64,000 nucleotides of DNA from a virus (IMGVR_UViG_3300034105_002625:25437-89436), one strand, 5' to 3'; positions 46,245-56,456 are shown, counted from the first letter of the stretch. A program made the numbers and translations. Notes: a model not told the origin generated them from the letters alone.

Positions 46245-47090
46245 ATGAAAAAATTTGTAATAAGTACACATGGGTTTGATATGGGAATAGGAGGCTTAAA
46301 GGTTTTACATAAACTTTGTCACCTTCTAAATGAAAATGGATACGACGCATATCTAATACCAGTAAATTTTAATGAACCATTCGGCATGTATGAGGGGTAT
46401 AATACCAAAATGATTACACAAGACATACTAGATAATCTGGAAGAGGCCATAGTAGTGTACCCTGAAAGCTGGAACGGTAACTACCTCAATGCACCAAACG
46501 TAGTTAGGTGGATGATAGGACCTCCTACCAAGGATGTTGCTGCTACATGGTCTAGCAAGGACCTATGGTTTTGGTATATTCCTTTTTATAAGTCTTCTGA
46601 GTTTACTAAGCATTTAGAAAATCAACTGTATATAGGAGAGCAGCATAGGGATATCTTTTTTAATAGAAACTTAGAAAGGACTATTACTAGTTGGACTTTA
46701 AGAAAAGCTCAAGGGTTAGTACAAGAAGTAAATTACAAACACCCTAAGGATAGTTTGTTTCTTCCGTATCATGCAGCAGGAGATTTAGCCTCTCTTTCTG
46801 ATATATTTAATAGATCTAAAGCATTCTACTGCTACGATACATATACCTACTTAACAATACAGAGCCTACTATGCGGTACAGAGGCCATAGTGCTTCCAAA
46901 TAGTTGGACCGAGAAAGAACATTTTCTAAAAGGATTTGCACTAAGCAAGTATGTAGCCTATGGAATAGACGATCTACCCAGAGCCAGAAGTATCCGTAAT
47001 GAATTTTTAGAAGAAGTAGAAGAGATTGAAACATTAACAATAAAACAGTTACATGAATTTACAGAAAAATGCTCTACCTACTTTAGCTGA
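46245..47090 (+). CDS. hypothetical protein in glycan cluster
   Basis: 281 aa ORF. Confidence 0.3.
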   Translation: MKKFVISTHGFDMGIGGLKVLHKLCHLLNENGYDAYLIPVNFNEPFGMYEGYNTKMITQDILDNLEEAIVVYPESWNGNYLNAPNVVRWMIGPPTKDVAATWSSKDLWFWYIPFYKSSEFTKHLENQLYIGEQHRDIFFNRNLERTITSWTLRKAQGLVQEVNYKHPKDSLFLPYHAAGDLASLSDIFNRSKAFYCYDTYTYLTIQSLLCGTEAIVLPNSWTEKEHFLKGFALSKYVAYGIDDLPRARSIRNEFLEEVEEIETLTIKQLHEFTEKCSTYFS

Positions 47091-48081
47091 GTTTAGCTTC
47101 TTGATCGTAACTGCAGCAAGAGATGAGAATAGACTAAGAGAAGCCTACAGGTCAATAAGGCTACAATACCCGGAAAATGAAATAGTAGTAGTATATGATA
47201 ACACTGGTGTTTTATTACTAAATAGAGAAGATATAAACCTACTGGAGATTCCAACTTCGGAAAGAGTGTATGTTAGTAGGGGATATAATATAGCATTAAA
47301 AAACTGCTCTAAGCCATATTTTGTATTTCTACATGATGATACTTTTATTGCTCCTAACTTTCTAGAAAACATATTACCCCATATAAGCGAAAGTCAGTTT
47401 TGTAACTTCACTGCAATAGAGCCTCCAGTATTTGGCAACATCGATTCAGCAACAGCACCAATTAGGGATTTTGGTAGAAGCTTAGATACGTTTGTAGTAG
47501 AGAACTTTAATAAATATACAGAAAAGTATGTACAGACCTTAGAACACAGAACAGTAGAATCTCCTTTTGGAGGATTTTTTATGGTGGGAAGTACTAAGAG
47601 TATATTAAGTATAGGAGGATTTGATGAAACCTTTCAACCCTATTTCTTTGAAGACAGTGACTTAATGGTACGGCTACACCTAGCAAACTTTAGGTTTATA
47701 CAGGTACTAGATAGTTTAGTATATCATATGGTAAGCCTAACCTCTAGAGGAACTCCGGAGAGTAGGGTAGCTGAGAGTATCACTCATAAGTTGTTTGTTA
47801 AGAAATGGAAGGTAGAATTCAATTACTTCAGACAGTATACAATGTCAGCAGGTATTCCATATAAGAAGATACCAGTCTTAATTAAACACACAAACTGTAG
47901 TGAATCATTACAAGAGTACCTATCCTTAATAAGTGAACCTAGTACAGTAGAGCTAATAGTAGACGGACTGCAAATATCTCAAGAAGATGTAGGATATATA
48001 CAATCATTACCGTATATTATACAGGATACAATACTATCAGGTAGCTACCAACTGGGAAGTATGCAACTAAATTTTAACTAA
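47053..48081 (+). CDS. putative glycosyltransferase (GT2-like)
   Basis: 342 aa; weak GT-A-like VFLHDDTF; cluster context. Confidence 0.3.
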   Translation: MNLQKNALPTLAEFSFLIVTAARDENRLREAYRSIRLQYPENEIVVVYDNTGVLLLNREDINLLEIPTSERVYVSRGYNIALKNCSKPYFVFLHDDTFIAPNFLENILPHISESQFCNFTAIEPPVFGNIDSATAPIRDFGRSLDTFVVENFNKYTEKYVQTLEHRTVESPFGGFFMVGSTKSILSIGGFDETFQPYFFEDSDLMVRLHLANFRFIQVLDSLVYHMVSLTSRGTPESRVAESITHKLFVKKWKVEFNYFRQYTMSAGIPYKKIPVLIKHTNCSESLQEYLSLISEPSTVELIVDGLQISQEDVGYIQSLPYIIQDTILSGSYQLGSMQLNFN

Positions 48082-48108
48082 ATAACATAAAAAGATAATT
48101 TTATAAAG

Positions 48109-49065
48109 ATGAAAAAAGTAGTTTACGTTACCGGTTGTTTAGGATTTATTGGATCCTACGTAACAAGGAAGTGTTTAGATAGAGGATGGTACGTTAAGGG
48201 AGTTGATAAGAAGACCTATGCAGCTAATAAAGACTTATTAAAAGAGTTTAAAGAGTATGAAAACTTTTCATTTGTAGATTGTGATATAAATGATTTGAAG
48301 TTCCTATATGACTGTGACTATATAATTAATACAGCAGCTGAGACTCATGTAGGAAACTCTATAATGGATTCGGATGTATTTGTACATTCAAATGTAAATG
48401 GAGTTCACAATCTACTAGAGTTAATAAAAAATCATAGAGGAGAGAATGCTACTAAGCCTACACTCCTTCACTTTAGTACAGACGAAGTTTATGGAGATAT
48501 CGAAGAAGGAGAGCATATCGAGACTGACATACTTAAACCATCTAATCCATACTCAGCTACTAAAGCTGCAGCAGATATGCTAATAACAGCTTGGGCAAGA
48601 ACTTACAAACTTCCTTATATTATAATAAGGCCAACAAACAATTACGGAATAGGGCAGTATGTAGAGAAGTTAATACCTAAAGCCTGTAAGTACTTACGAC
48701 TTGGTAAAAAGATTCCTCTACACAATAACGGTACTCCAATTAGAAACTGGCTCCATGCCCAGGATACAGCTGAGGCTGTAATTAGAATTATTGAATCAGG
48801 AGTGCAGAATGAAATCTATAATATTTGTGGAGGATTTGAGCAAACTAATTTGGATACTATTAAAAAAGTTCTTATATTGTACTATAAGGATTTAGGAGTA
48901 GACATAGAAGCTAACTTAGACCTAAAATGTAATAGACAAGGACAAGATGTTAGGTATGCCTTAAATGATGATAAATTAAGAGCATTAGGATGGAAACCTA
49001 CAATTGACTTTGACTTGGAATTAAAAAATGTTGTAGAATATTATAGAGAAAAATTCATATGGTAA
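48109..49065 (+). CDS. NAD-dependent NDP-sugar 4,6-dehydratase/epimerase (extended SDR)
   Basis: 318 aa; VTGCLGFIGSYV Rossmann motif; YSATK (YxxxK). Confidence 0.75.
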   Translation: MKKVVYVTGCLGFIGSYVTRKCLDRGWYVKGVDKKTYAANKDLLKEFKEYENFSFVDCDINDLKFLYDCDYIINTAAETHVGNSIMDSDVFVHSNVNGVHNLLELIKNHRGENATKPTLLHFSTDEVYGDIEEGEHIETDILKPSNPYSATKAAADMLITAWARTYKLPYIIIRPTNNYGIGQYVEKLIPKACKYLRLGKKIPLHNNGTPIRNWLHAQDTAEAVIRIIESGVQNEIYNICGGFEQTNLDTIKKVLILYYKDLGVDIEANLDLKCNRQGQDVRYALNDDKLRALGWKPTIDFDLELKNVVEYYREKFIW

Positions 49066-50813
49066 AAGTAAGTGATGTAATCGTTCAATACCTTAAAGCT
49101 AATAAGATAGAGATTGTATTTGGAATAATTGGCTCAGCTAATTCTCACATATTCAATTCGATATTAGAAGAAGGAAGTATCAAATTGGTATCGGTACATC
49201 ATGAACAAGCCGCTGTAATGGCTATGGGAGCTTATTACCGTTCAACCGGAAAGATGGCTGTTGCATTAGTAACAGCAGGAGGAGGAGCATCAAATGCTTC
49301 AACAGGAATTCTTTCCAACTGGGCTGACTCCATTCCAGGAATAACTATCTCAGGACAAGAACAATCCTACTACTTAGCTGAATATAAAGATATGAGAATG
49401 TTTGGAGTACAAGGTTATGATGCAACTAAAGCATATGAAAACTGTACTAAAATGTCTTATGTACTTACAGAAAATACCTTACATTCAATAATGCCTTTTG
49501 CATTTGCTTTAACACAAGAAGGTAGACCAGGGCCAGTATTCCTGGAAGTACCTTTCGATGTTCAAAGTAAAATGATAGAAGAAGTAGAAATAAAAGTAAC
49601 TCCAATTGTAGAAATATACCCTGAGACTTCTTCTGATACAGACTATATCCTCTCTGCACTTTCACAAGCAGAGCGACCAGTTATACTAGGAGGTCACGGC
49701 GTTAAGCTAGCTAAAGCAGAAGAATTATTTAAACAATTTGTAGGAGACTATAACATACCAACAGTATTAAGCTGGTCAGCAGTAGACTTACTTGATGATA
49801 ATGATCCTAACTATTTCGGAAGACCAGGAGTACAGGGTCAGAGAGCAGCTAACTTTATAGTACAGAACTCTGATTTACTAATTGTATTAGGAAGCAGACT
49901 ATCATTACTTCAGACAGGCTACAAAAGAGAAGACTTTGCTCCATATGCTAATATCATTCATGTTGATGTAGATGATACAGAAATTAATAAGTTCAACGGA
50001 AAGAATATAAAAGCAGATGTAGGAGAATTACTTACAAGTTTAAATTCTAAATGGAAAGCTGAGATTGAAATAGAGGAATGGATACAATACTGTAATCAAA
50101 TTAAAGAAAAGTATCCTTTAGTAATGCCTGAGCATTTAGCAGACCCTACCAATTCATATACATTTATTGATAAATTCTCACAAAAAGTATCGGACAATTA
50201 TACAATCGTTACTGATATGGGAACAGCTTTATTAAGTGGATTCTATGGATGGAGAATTAAACCTAACCAAAAGATGTTTACCTCTCTAGGATTAGGAGAG
50301 ATGGGATATGGATTAGCAGCAGCAGTTGGAGCTGGATTTGGAGAAAGACCAGTGATGTGTTTAAATTGTGATGGAGGTATGATGATGAACATACAAGAGT
50401 TACAAACAATTAAGACACATAACCTTCCAGTAAAGATTATCATATTCAACAATGACGGATACTTAATGATCAAACATACTCAGAATATGTTATTTAAAGG
50501 AGCACGTACTTGTGTTGACAAAGAGACAGGAGTAACACTTCCTGATTATAAAAAAGTAGCACATGCATTTGATTTTGAATACTTCACAGAAGATAACGTA
50601 GATGACTTCTTAGCATTTGAAGGCCAGGCTATCATGGAAGTATTTATGGATCCAAATCAAGAATTTATTCCTAAGGTAAGAGGAATGAAGCTAGAAGATA
50701 GTACAATCCAAGCAGGACTATTAGAGGAGATGTCTCCACTTCTTCCGTTAGAAGAAATAGAACAAGCAATGGTTGCAGGAATTAACCAAAGAAGTAAAAC
50801 AGTTGTAAGATGA
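49059..50813 (+). CDS. thiamine-diphosphate-dependent acetolactate-synthase-like enzyme (YerE-like two-carbon branching enzyme candidate)
   Basis: 584 aa; three-domain ALS/POX architecture; ThDP motif CDGGMMMN-x21-NNDGY. Confidence 0.75.
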   Translation: MVKVSDVIVQYLKANKIEIVFGIIGSANSHIFNSILEEGSIKLVSVHHEQAAVMAMGAYYRSTGKMAVALVTAGGGASNASTGILSNWADSIPGITISGQEQSYYLAEYKDMRMFGVQGYDATKAYENCTKMSYVLTENTLHSIMPFAFALTQEGRPGPVFLEVPFDVQSKMIEEVEIKVTPIVEIYPETSSDTDYILSALSQAERPVILGGHGVKLAKAEELFKQFVGDYNIPTVLSWSAVDLLDDNDPNYFGRPGVQGQRAANFIVQNSDLLIVLGSRLSLLQTGYKREDFAPYANIIHVDVDDTEINKFNGKNIKADVGELLTSLNSKWKAEIEIEEWIQYCNQIKEKYPLVMPEHLADPTNSYTFIDKFSQKVSDNYTIVTDMGTALLSGFYGWRIKPNQKMFTSLGLGEMGYGLAAAVGAGFGERPVMCLNCDGGMMMNIQELQTIKTHNLPVKIIIFNNDGYLMIKHTQNMLFKGARTCVDKETGVTLPDYKKVAHAFDFEYFTEDNVDDFLAFEGQAIMEVFMDPNQEFIPKVRGMKLEDSTIQAGLLEEMSPLLPLEEIEQAMVAGINQRSKTVVR

Positions 50814-51667
50814 AAATAAAAGTAGCAATTATTGGTACAGGTAATATCGGAACAGATTTATTACTCAAAGCCTTAAAGACAGACTTCATGGATGTAGTAG
50901 CATTCGTAGGTCGTAGATTAGATTCAGATGGAATGCTAACAGCTAAGAAATACAATGTACTGATATCAGATCAAGGTATTCAATACTTTATTGACAATCC
51001 AAAGTGTTGTGATGTAGTTTACGATTGTACCTCAGCAGCAGATGCTATTGAACATGCTAAGATATTTAAAGACCAGGAAATAAAAGTAATTGACCTAACA
51101 CCAGCCAAGGTAGGAGATATGTGCGTACCAGATGTTAACTCTGAGATTATATTGACAGATGATAATGTAAATATGATTACTTGCGGAGGACAAGCTTCAA
51201 TGCCTATGCTTCATTTACTATCAAAAGAGTGCATAGGATTAGAATACATCGAAGTAGTATCACAGATTGCATCTAAGAGTGCAGGAATGGCTACAAGAAT
51301 AAACGTAGACAATTACATTCAAACAACTCAGAAAGCTATAACAAAGTTTACTGGTTGTTCAAATAACAAAGTAATACTAAACCTTAACCCTGCTGAACCC
51401 TGTGTTGATATGCAGACAACTATCTTTATCAAAGCAAAGAAAGTTAATTTTGAAAATCTAACAGAGAAGGTCTTAGAAAAAATTGAAGAGTTAAGAACAT
51501 ACATTCCATATTACGAAATGGTGCTTCCTCCAACTATGAACGATAATGGTGTAGTTGTAATGAGTATTAAAGTAAGAGGTACAGGAGACTATCTTCCAGC
51601 CTATGCTGGTAACCTGGATATTATTAACTGTGCAGCAATTAAAGTAACAGAAAGATTGGTAAAATGA
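50810..51667 (+). CDS. acetaldehyde dehydrogenase (acylating), MhpF/DmpF family
   Basis: 285 aa; MKIKVAIIGTGNIGTDLL N-terminus; catalytic Cys in ITCGGQASMP. Confidence 0.75.
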   Translation: MKIKVAIIGTGNIGTDLLLKALKTDFMDVVAFVGRRLDSDGMLTAKKYNVLISDQGIQYFIDNPKCCDVVYDCTSAADAIEHAKIFKDQEIKVIDLTPAKVGDMCVPDVNSEIILTDDNVNMITCGGQASMPMLHLLSKECIGLEYIEVVSQIASKSAGMATRINVDNYIQTTQKAITKFTGCSNNKVILNLNPAEPCVDMQTTIFIKAKKVNFENLTEKVLEKIEELRTYIPYYEMVLPPTMNDNGVVVMSIKVRGTGDYLPAYAGNLDIINCAAIKVTERLVK

Positions 51668-52662
51668 GAAAAGTAATCATAACAGATTCAAGTCTTAGAG
51701 ATGGAAATCATAGTGTTAAGCATACTATAAGTTTAGATAGTATAGCAAGGTATTGTCAATTTGCTGATAGAGCTGGCGTACCAATTGTAGAGGTAGGTCA
51801 CGGAAATGGATTAGCAGCATCCTCTTTACTTGTAGGTAAGTCTGTTAATACAGATGAAGAGATGCTAACAACTGCTAGAAAGAATCTAAAGAATTCTAAA
51901 CTAGGAATTCATATGATACCAGGACTAGCAACACTAGAACATACTAGGAGAGCAATTGATCTAGGAGTAGATGTAGTGAGAGTGGCAACACATTGTACAG
52001 AAGCAACACTATCTAAATCTCATATTGAAGCACTAGCAAAAGCAAATGTAGAAGTGTTCGGAGTATTGATGATGAGTGCTTTAATTACTCCTCTAGAATT
52101 ATTAGAGCAAGCTAAAATAATGGAAGGGTATGGAGCTAAGGCTATTATTATAATGGACTCTACAGGAACATATCTACCATTTGATGTACAGCAGAGAATT
52201 GCCCTACTGACAAGCAATCTAAATATTGCAGTAGGATTTCATGCTCATAACAACTTAGGATGTGCAGTAGCCAATTCCCTAACAGCAGTAGAATTTGGAG
52301 CAGACTATATTGACGGATGTATTAGAGGATTTGGAGCCGGAGCAGGAAATGCACCACTAGAAATACTTATACCAGTATTAGAGCAAACAGGCTTTCAAGT
52401 AGGAATAAACTTCCAGGAGACGATCAAAGAAGCTGATAATGTAATGAACTACTTAGTTCCATCAGCTCCTATCACAACTCCAATTAACATACTAACCGGA
52501 CTTAAGAAACTATTCTCAGGATTTGAAAAGCCTATCGTAAGTGCTTCTAAGTTGTATGGAATAGAATATTCATCTCTTATCTTTGAATTAGGTAATAGAA
52601 AGTTGGTAGCCGGGCAAGAAGATCTTATCTTAGAGGTAGCACAGAAGCTAAAGAAGAGATAG
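51664..52662 (+). CDS. 4-hydroxy-2-oxovalerate aldolase-like (MhpE/DmpG family, HMGL-like TIM barrel)
   Basis: 332 aa; ITDSSLRDGNHSVKH (D-x-x-LRDG…H) metal/ketoacid-binding signature; translationally coupled to the dehydrogenase. Confidence 0.75.
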   Translation: MRKVIITDSSLRDGNHSVKHTISLDSIARYCQFADRAGVPIVEVGHGNGLAASSLLVGKSVNTDEEMLTTARKNLKNSKLGIHMIPGLATLEHTRRAIDLGVDVVRVATHCTEATLSKSHIEALAKANVEVFGVLMMSALITPLELLEQAKIMEGYGAKAIIIMDSTGTYLPFDVQQRIALLTSNLNIAVGFHAHNNLGCAVANSLTAVEFGADYIDGCIRGFGAGAGNAPLEILIPVLEQTGFQVGINFQETIKEADNVMNYLVPSAPITTPINILTGLKKLFSGFEKPIVSASKLYGIEYSSLIFELGNRKLVAGQEDLILEVAQKLKKR

Positions 52663-53574
52663 ATGAACATATTAATTACAGGAGGGAATGGATTCTTAGG
52701 ATCTAATATTGTTAGAAAGCTGTTAAAGGAAGGACATAGTGTCTACTTATTTTCAAACAATACAAATAACATAGAGGACATACTTCCTCAAGTTTTATTT
52801 GACTACAGTAGTACTAATTCACTACCTATGTTTAAGAAGAAAATAGAGACATTTTCACCAGACATAGTAATACATTGTGGATGGAGTGGAGGAAATAGTT
52901 ACGCAGATACTAATAGTATGGATCAGTTTTATGAAAATGTAGATCCAAGTATCTCTCTACTACAACTACTAAGTAAGCTCAAGAAGAAGCCTAAGTTTGT
53001 AGGTTTTGGAAGTTTTGCAGAGTATGGAGAGATGTTCAATCCAGTAAGTGAAACAGTCCAAGAAGTTCCTACAAACCTATATGGACTATCAAAGTATACT
53101 TTTAAGAAGTATAGTGAAATGATATGCAACCAACACAGTATAGAATGGGTATGGATAAGGCCCTGCTACGTTTACGGACCAGGAGATGTAAGCACAAGAC
53201 TTCTTCCTAGTATAATTAAGAAGTTCTTAAGGAATGAAGCAGTAATACTTGATGAGTGTACTTCTACTGTAGATTATATTTATATAGATGATTTTGTTAA
53301 TTCAATTTATTTTCTTATATTAACAAAACATACAGGAGTGTACAACATATGCTCAGGAAAACAATACAAGATAAGAGATATAGTTGAGCAAGTTCATAAA
53401 CAAATTGAGAGTAGTAGTACTATTGAATTTAGTGCTAATCTAAAAAGAACCTCTACATACTCTTATGTATGTGGGGACAGACGAAAGATTGATGCTGTTG
53501 CAAATATTCCAACTCAGATATCTTTAAATGAAGGATTAGTTAAAACAATAACATATTATAAAGTAAGAAAATGA
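52663..53574 (+). CDS. NAD(P)-dependent sugar epimerase/reductase (extended SDR)
   Basis: 303 aa; ITGGNGFLGSNI; YGLSK (YxxxK). Confidence 0.7.
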   Translation: MNILITGGNGFLGSNIVRKLLKEGHSVYLFSNNTNNIEDILPQVLFDYSSTNSLPMFKKKIETFSPDIVIHCGWSGGNSYADTNSMDQFYENVDPSISLLQLLSKLKKKPKFVGFGSFAEYGEMFNPVSETVQEVPTNLYGLSKYTFKKYSEMICNQHSIEWVWIRPCYVYGPGDVSTRLLPSIIKKFLRNEAVILDECTSTVDYIYIDDFVNSIYFLILTKHTGVYNICSGKQYKIRDIVEQVHKQIESSSTIEFSANLKRTSTYSYVCGDRRKIDAVANIPTQISLNEGLVKTITYYKVRK

Positions 53575-54212
53575 AAAACGAAGTTGTAGTAAAAGAAGGA
53601 GGCTGGATTTGGCCTAAGAAGGATGAGAGAAGTTGGCAAGGTCAAATAAAACAAAAGGAACTAGCTCAATACATACTTCCCTATGTAGTGAAGAATGATG
53701 TAATGATACAAGCAGGTGGTAATTGTGGATTCATTCTAAGTACCTTTGTTCCCTACTTTAACAACATCTATACATTTGAACCAGATCCAATAAACTTTTA
53801 TTGCTTGAATCAGAATGTTACAGCACCAAGTGTTATTAAGATGCAATGTTGCTTAGGAAAAGAAAGTACACCAGTAGCTGTACAACATCTACAAAGAGGT
53901 ATAGGAGAGGGAATAGACATAGGGGGAGTACATGTTAGTGGAGTAGGGTTTACTCCTACTATTGTTATCGACAAATTAAACCTACAGGCATGTGACTTAA
54001 TTCAACTAGACATAGAAGGGTATGAACTCAATGCACTACTGGGTGCAGTAGAGACTATTAAGAAATATAAACCTGTACTATGTATAGAGTTCTGTGAAAA
54101 CTGGTTAAATAGGTATGAAGCTACGTCAGATAGTGTTGAAACTCTTTTAGTTGAATTAGGATACAAACATGTAGAATCGTACCAAGCAGATAGAATTTAC
54201 ATAACACAATAG
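53571..54212 (+). CDS. putative FkbM-family methyltransferase
   Basis: 213 aa; QAGGNCGF resembles SAM-binding G-x-G-x-G of FkbM-type MTases; cluster context. Confidence 0.4.
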   Translation: MKNEVVVKEGGWIWPKKDERSWQGQIKQKELAQYILPYVVKNDVMIQAGGNCGFILSTFVPYFNNIYTFEPDPINFYCLNQNVTAPSVIKMQCCLGKESTPVAVQHLQRGIGEGIDIGGVHVSGVGFTPTIVIDKLNLQACDLIQLDIEGYELNALLGAVETIKKYKPVLCIEFCENWLNRYEATSDSVETLLVELGYKHVESYQADRIYITQ

Positions 54213-54230
54213 GTTACATATATACATACA

Positions 54231-55508
54231 ATGGAAAATTCAATTAGTTTTTGCATCAATACAGCAGTAGATGAACTACCTTATTTAAAACTACTAATGA
54301 AGTCGTTAAAAGAAAATCTTAAGTACGACCACCACGAGGTAATTGTGTTTGTTGATTCTGATAATCAAAAAACCTTCGAATGGCTGACTACTCAAAAGTT
54401 AGAGTTTAAGAATCTAAAAATACTTAAAAACATACTCCCAGTATGTTATGGCCCTATTAGGAATATAAATGAAATGTTTAAATTTGCTTCTCATGAAATA
54501 GTTTCTTACCTACAGTCTGATATGGTTGTTTCTAGAAACTATGATGAGTATCTCTTAAAGCATATTAAACCTAATACGATACTATCTAGCACTAGAATTG
54601 AACCACCACTACATGGACCAGGTCCTGAGAAGCATACTGTGAACTTTGGACTAACTCCCTCTGAGTTTGATTATGAGGGGTTTTTAAACTACTGTGACAT
54701 ATGTAGAGAAGATAAAACAACAAGTTACTATTTTGCACCATTTACTTTATATAGAGAGATTTGGAACACTATAGGAGGGCAAGACAACACCTTTAGACGG
54801 TCAAGAGATGACTCTGATATTTTAAATAGGTTTATACTTTCAGGAGTAGAGATTGTTCAAACATGGGAAGCACTGGTATACCATTTTACTTGTACTTCTA
54901 GTAGAGGACCGGGCTGGCATGAGCCAAGTAATACAAAGGCACAGGAAAAGTTACAACTCCAAGCAAGAGCAGATAAGGTAGAACTTACTAGAATATTTAG
55001 AAAGTGGGGAGAATTTAGCCATGGACATCCAACACCGTACTACTATAATATAGTCTCAGAAATTAATATAGATATAGATATAGGTAACTTAGAGTTATTT
55101 AAAAACGTTGAGATGTTTTTTATAAAAAACTACATAACTTCTAAAAAACTATATAACGAGTTTATAAATGAGAATGAACATCTATATGCTAATATACTTT
55201 ACAAGTACTCTCAAGAACAGTGGGAGGAGTACAAGTACATGTGCAACATAGAGAGATTAGAGGATAGAGTTTGTATAGGAGAACCAGAAGGAGATGTGGT
55301 AGTTTCATTTAACCTTAGTAGTATTAACCAAAATACATTTAATAATGTACTAAGTAAGTTACAACACATAATACACGAAGCAGAACCAGGTGATTATGAA
55401 TTCGAAGGATTTACTTTCTCAATAAAGAACAAAGAGAATATTATAGAGACTAAACTTAAAGTAAACAATCCTGATATAAAACCAGAACATCTATATAAGG
55501 TATACTAG
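54231..55508 (+). CDS. putative glycosyltransferase (GT2-like N-terminal domain) with C-terminal extension
   Basis: 425 aa; SFCINTAVDE… N-terminus; HEVIVFVDSD (DxD-like). Confidence 0.4.
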   Translation: MENSISFCINTAVDELPYLKLLMKSLKENLKYDHHEVIVFVDSDNQKTFEWLTTQKLEFKNLKILKNILPVCYGPIRNINEMFKFASHEIVSYLQSDMVVSRNYDEYLLKHIKPNTILSSTRIEPPLHGPGPEKHTVNFGLTPSEFDYEGFLNYCDICREDKTTSYYFAPFTLYREIWNTIGGQDNTFRRSRDDSDILNRFILSGVEIVQTWEALVYHFTCTSSRGPGWHEPSNTKAQEKLQLQARADKVELTRIFRKWGEFSHGHPTPYYYNIVSEINIDIDIGNLELFKNVEMFFIKNYITSKKLYNEFINENEHLYANILYKYSQEQWEEYKYMCNIERLEDRVCIGEPEGDVVVSFNLSSINQNTFNNVLSKLQHIIHEAEPGDYEFEGFTFSIKNKENIIETKLKVNNPDIKPEHLYKVY

Positions 55509-55535
55509 AAAATAAACTATTTATAACAAAAACAT

Positions 55536-55886
55536 ATGAGCTTAATCAACGAAATAAAAGAGATGCTATCAGAAGTTACCAAAGTAAACTTCAAAGGAAA
55601 TAAATTTGTCCTTAAGATAGATGTAAATGAAGATCCAAATAAGAAAGGAATTAAAGTACAATTCCTTCCAACAACATTCTCAGGTATGTCTAAACAACAA
55701 CAAGACGATATCGCTATGGACTTAGGAGCTAAATTAAATCAAGGATTAGCACCTCTAGGGTTAGCAGTAGAGAGAGACAGAGAGTTAAAGGATAAGACAA
55801 TTGTAGGCTTCTTTATCTATATCGAATATCTAGATAAGATTATTATCAATGCTCTAAATCAAGCAGCACAAACAAGTAACGACTAA
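55536..55886 (+). CDS. hypothetical protein
   Basis: 116 aa ORF. Confidence 0.3.
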   Translation: MSLINEIKEMLSEVTKVNFKGNKFVLKIDVNEDPNKKGIKVQFLPTTFSGMSKQQQDDIAMDLGAKLNQGLAPLGLAVERDRELKDKTIVGFFIYIEYLDKIIINALNQAAQTSND

Positions 55887-55897
55887 ATAAAAAAGAT

Positions 55898-56110
55898 ATG
55901 CCACAGTTTTGTTTTTATTCAAAGAATAACCCTACACAAGAACCAGTAGGAGTTCTACACGCAGCAAGTAGAGAAGAAGCAATAAAATTCTTCTCATTGT
56001 CAAAACAATTATCAACAAATGATTTTCTAACAATTTTCGAAGTAAAAAACTATACGTATGGAGCTCAAGAAGGAATTAAGGAAAACGCTAAACAATTACT
56101 TAAAGGGTAA
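55898..56110 (+). CDS. hypothetical protein
   Basis: 70 aa ORF. Confidence 0.25.
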   Translation: MPQFCFYSKNNPTQEPVGVLHAASREEAIKFFSLSKQLSTNDFLTIFEVKNYTYGAQEGIKENAKQLLKG

Positions 56111-56456
56111 TATTAGGATAAAAGAAAGAGATATGGCTAGAGATACAATGGAAAAGAAACTTTTTATCGAAAGCATAATCCTTTTAAGAGAGATAGAAGA
56201 TAGAAGAGACTTTATGGAGGAAGAGATTGGAATGGATATGTCTATGTATGAAGAGAAGTTCTTACAGATTATAGAGAATCTATTTAAAGTTCATTTTACA
56301 AAAGAACAATTTGCTTTAATACAATACTACCTATATAAAGTTCCGGAGATTGAAGATTGGGATGGAAAGATTGATATTACAGACGGAAAGGAAATGATTA
56401 CTGTTGACTTTGAAACTCCTGATCAAGTATGGAATGTTATATCCAGCTTAAAATAA
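56058..56456 (+). CDS. hypothetical protein
   Basis: 132 aa ORF. Confidence 0.3.
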   Translation: MELKKELRKTLNNYLKGNIRIKERDMARDTMEKKLFIESIILLREIEDRRDFMEEEIGMDMSMYEEKFLQIIENLFKVHFTKEQFALIQYYLYKVPEIEDWDGKIDITDGKEMITVDFETPDQVWNVISSLK

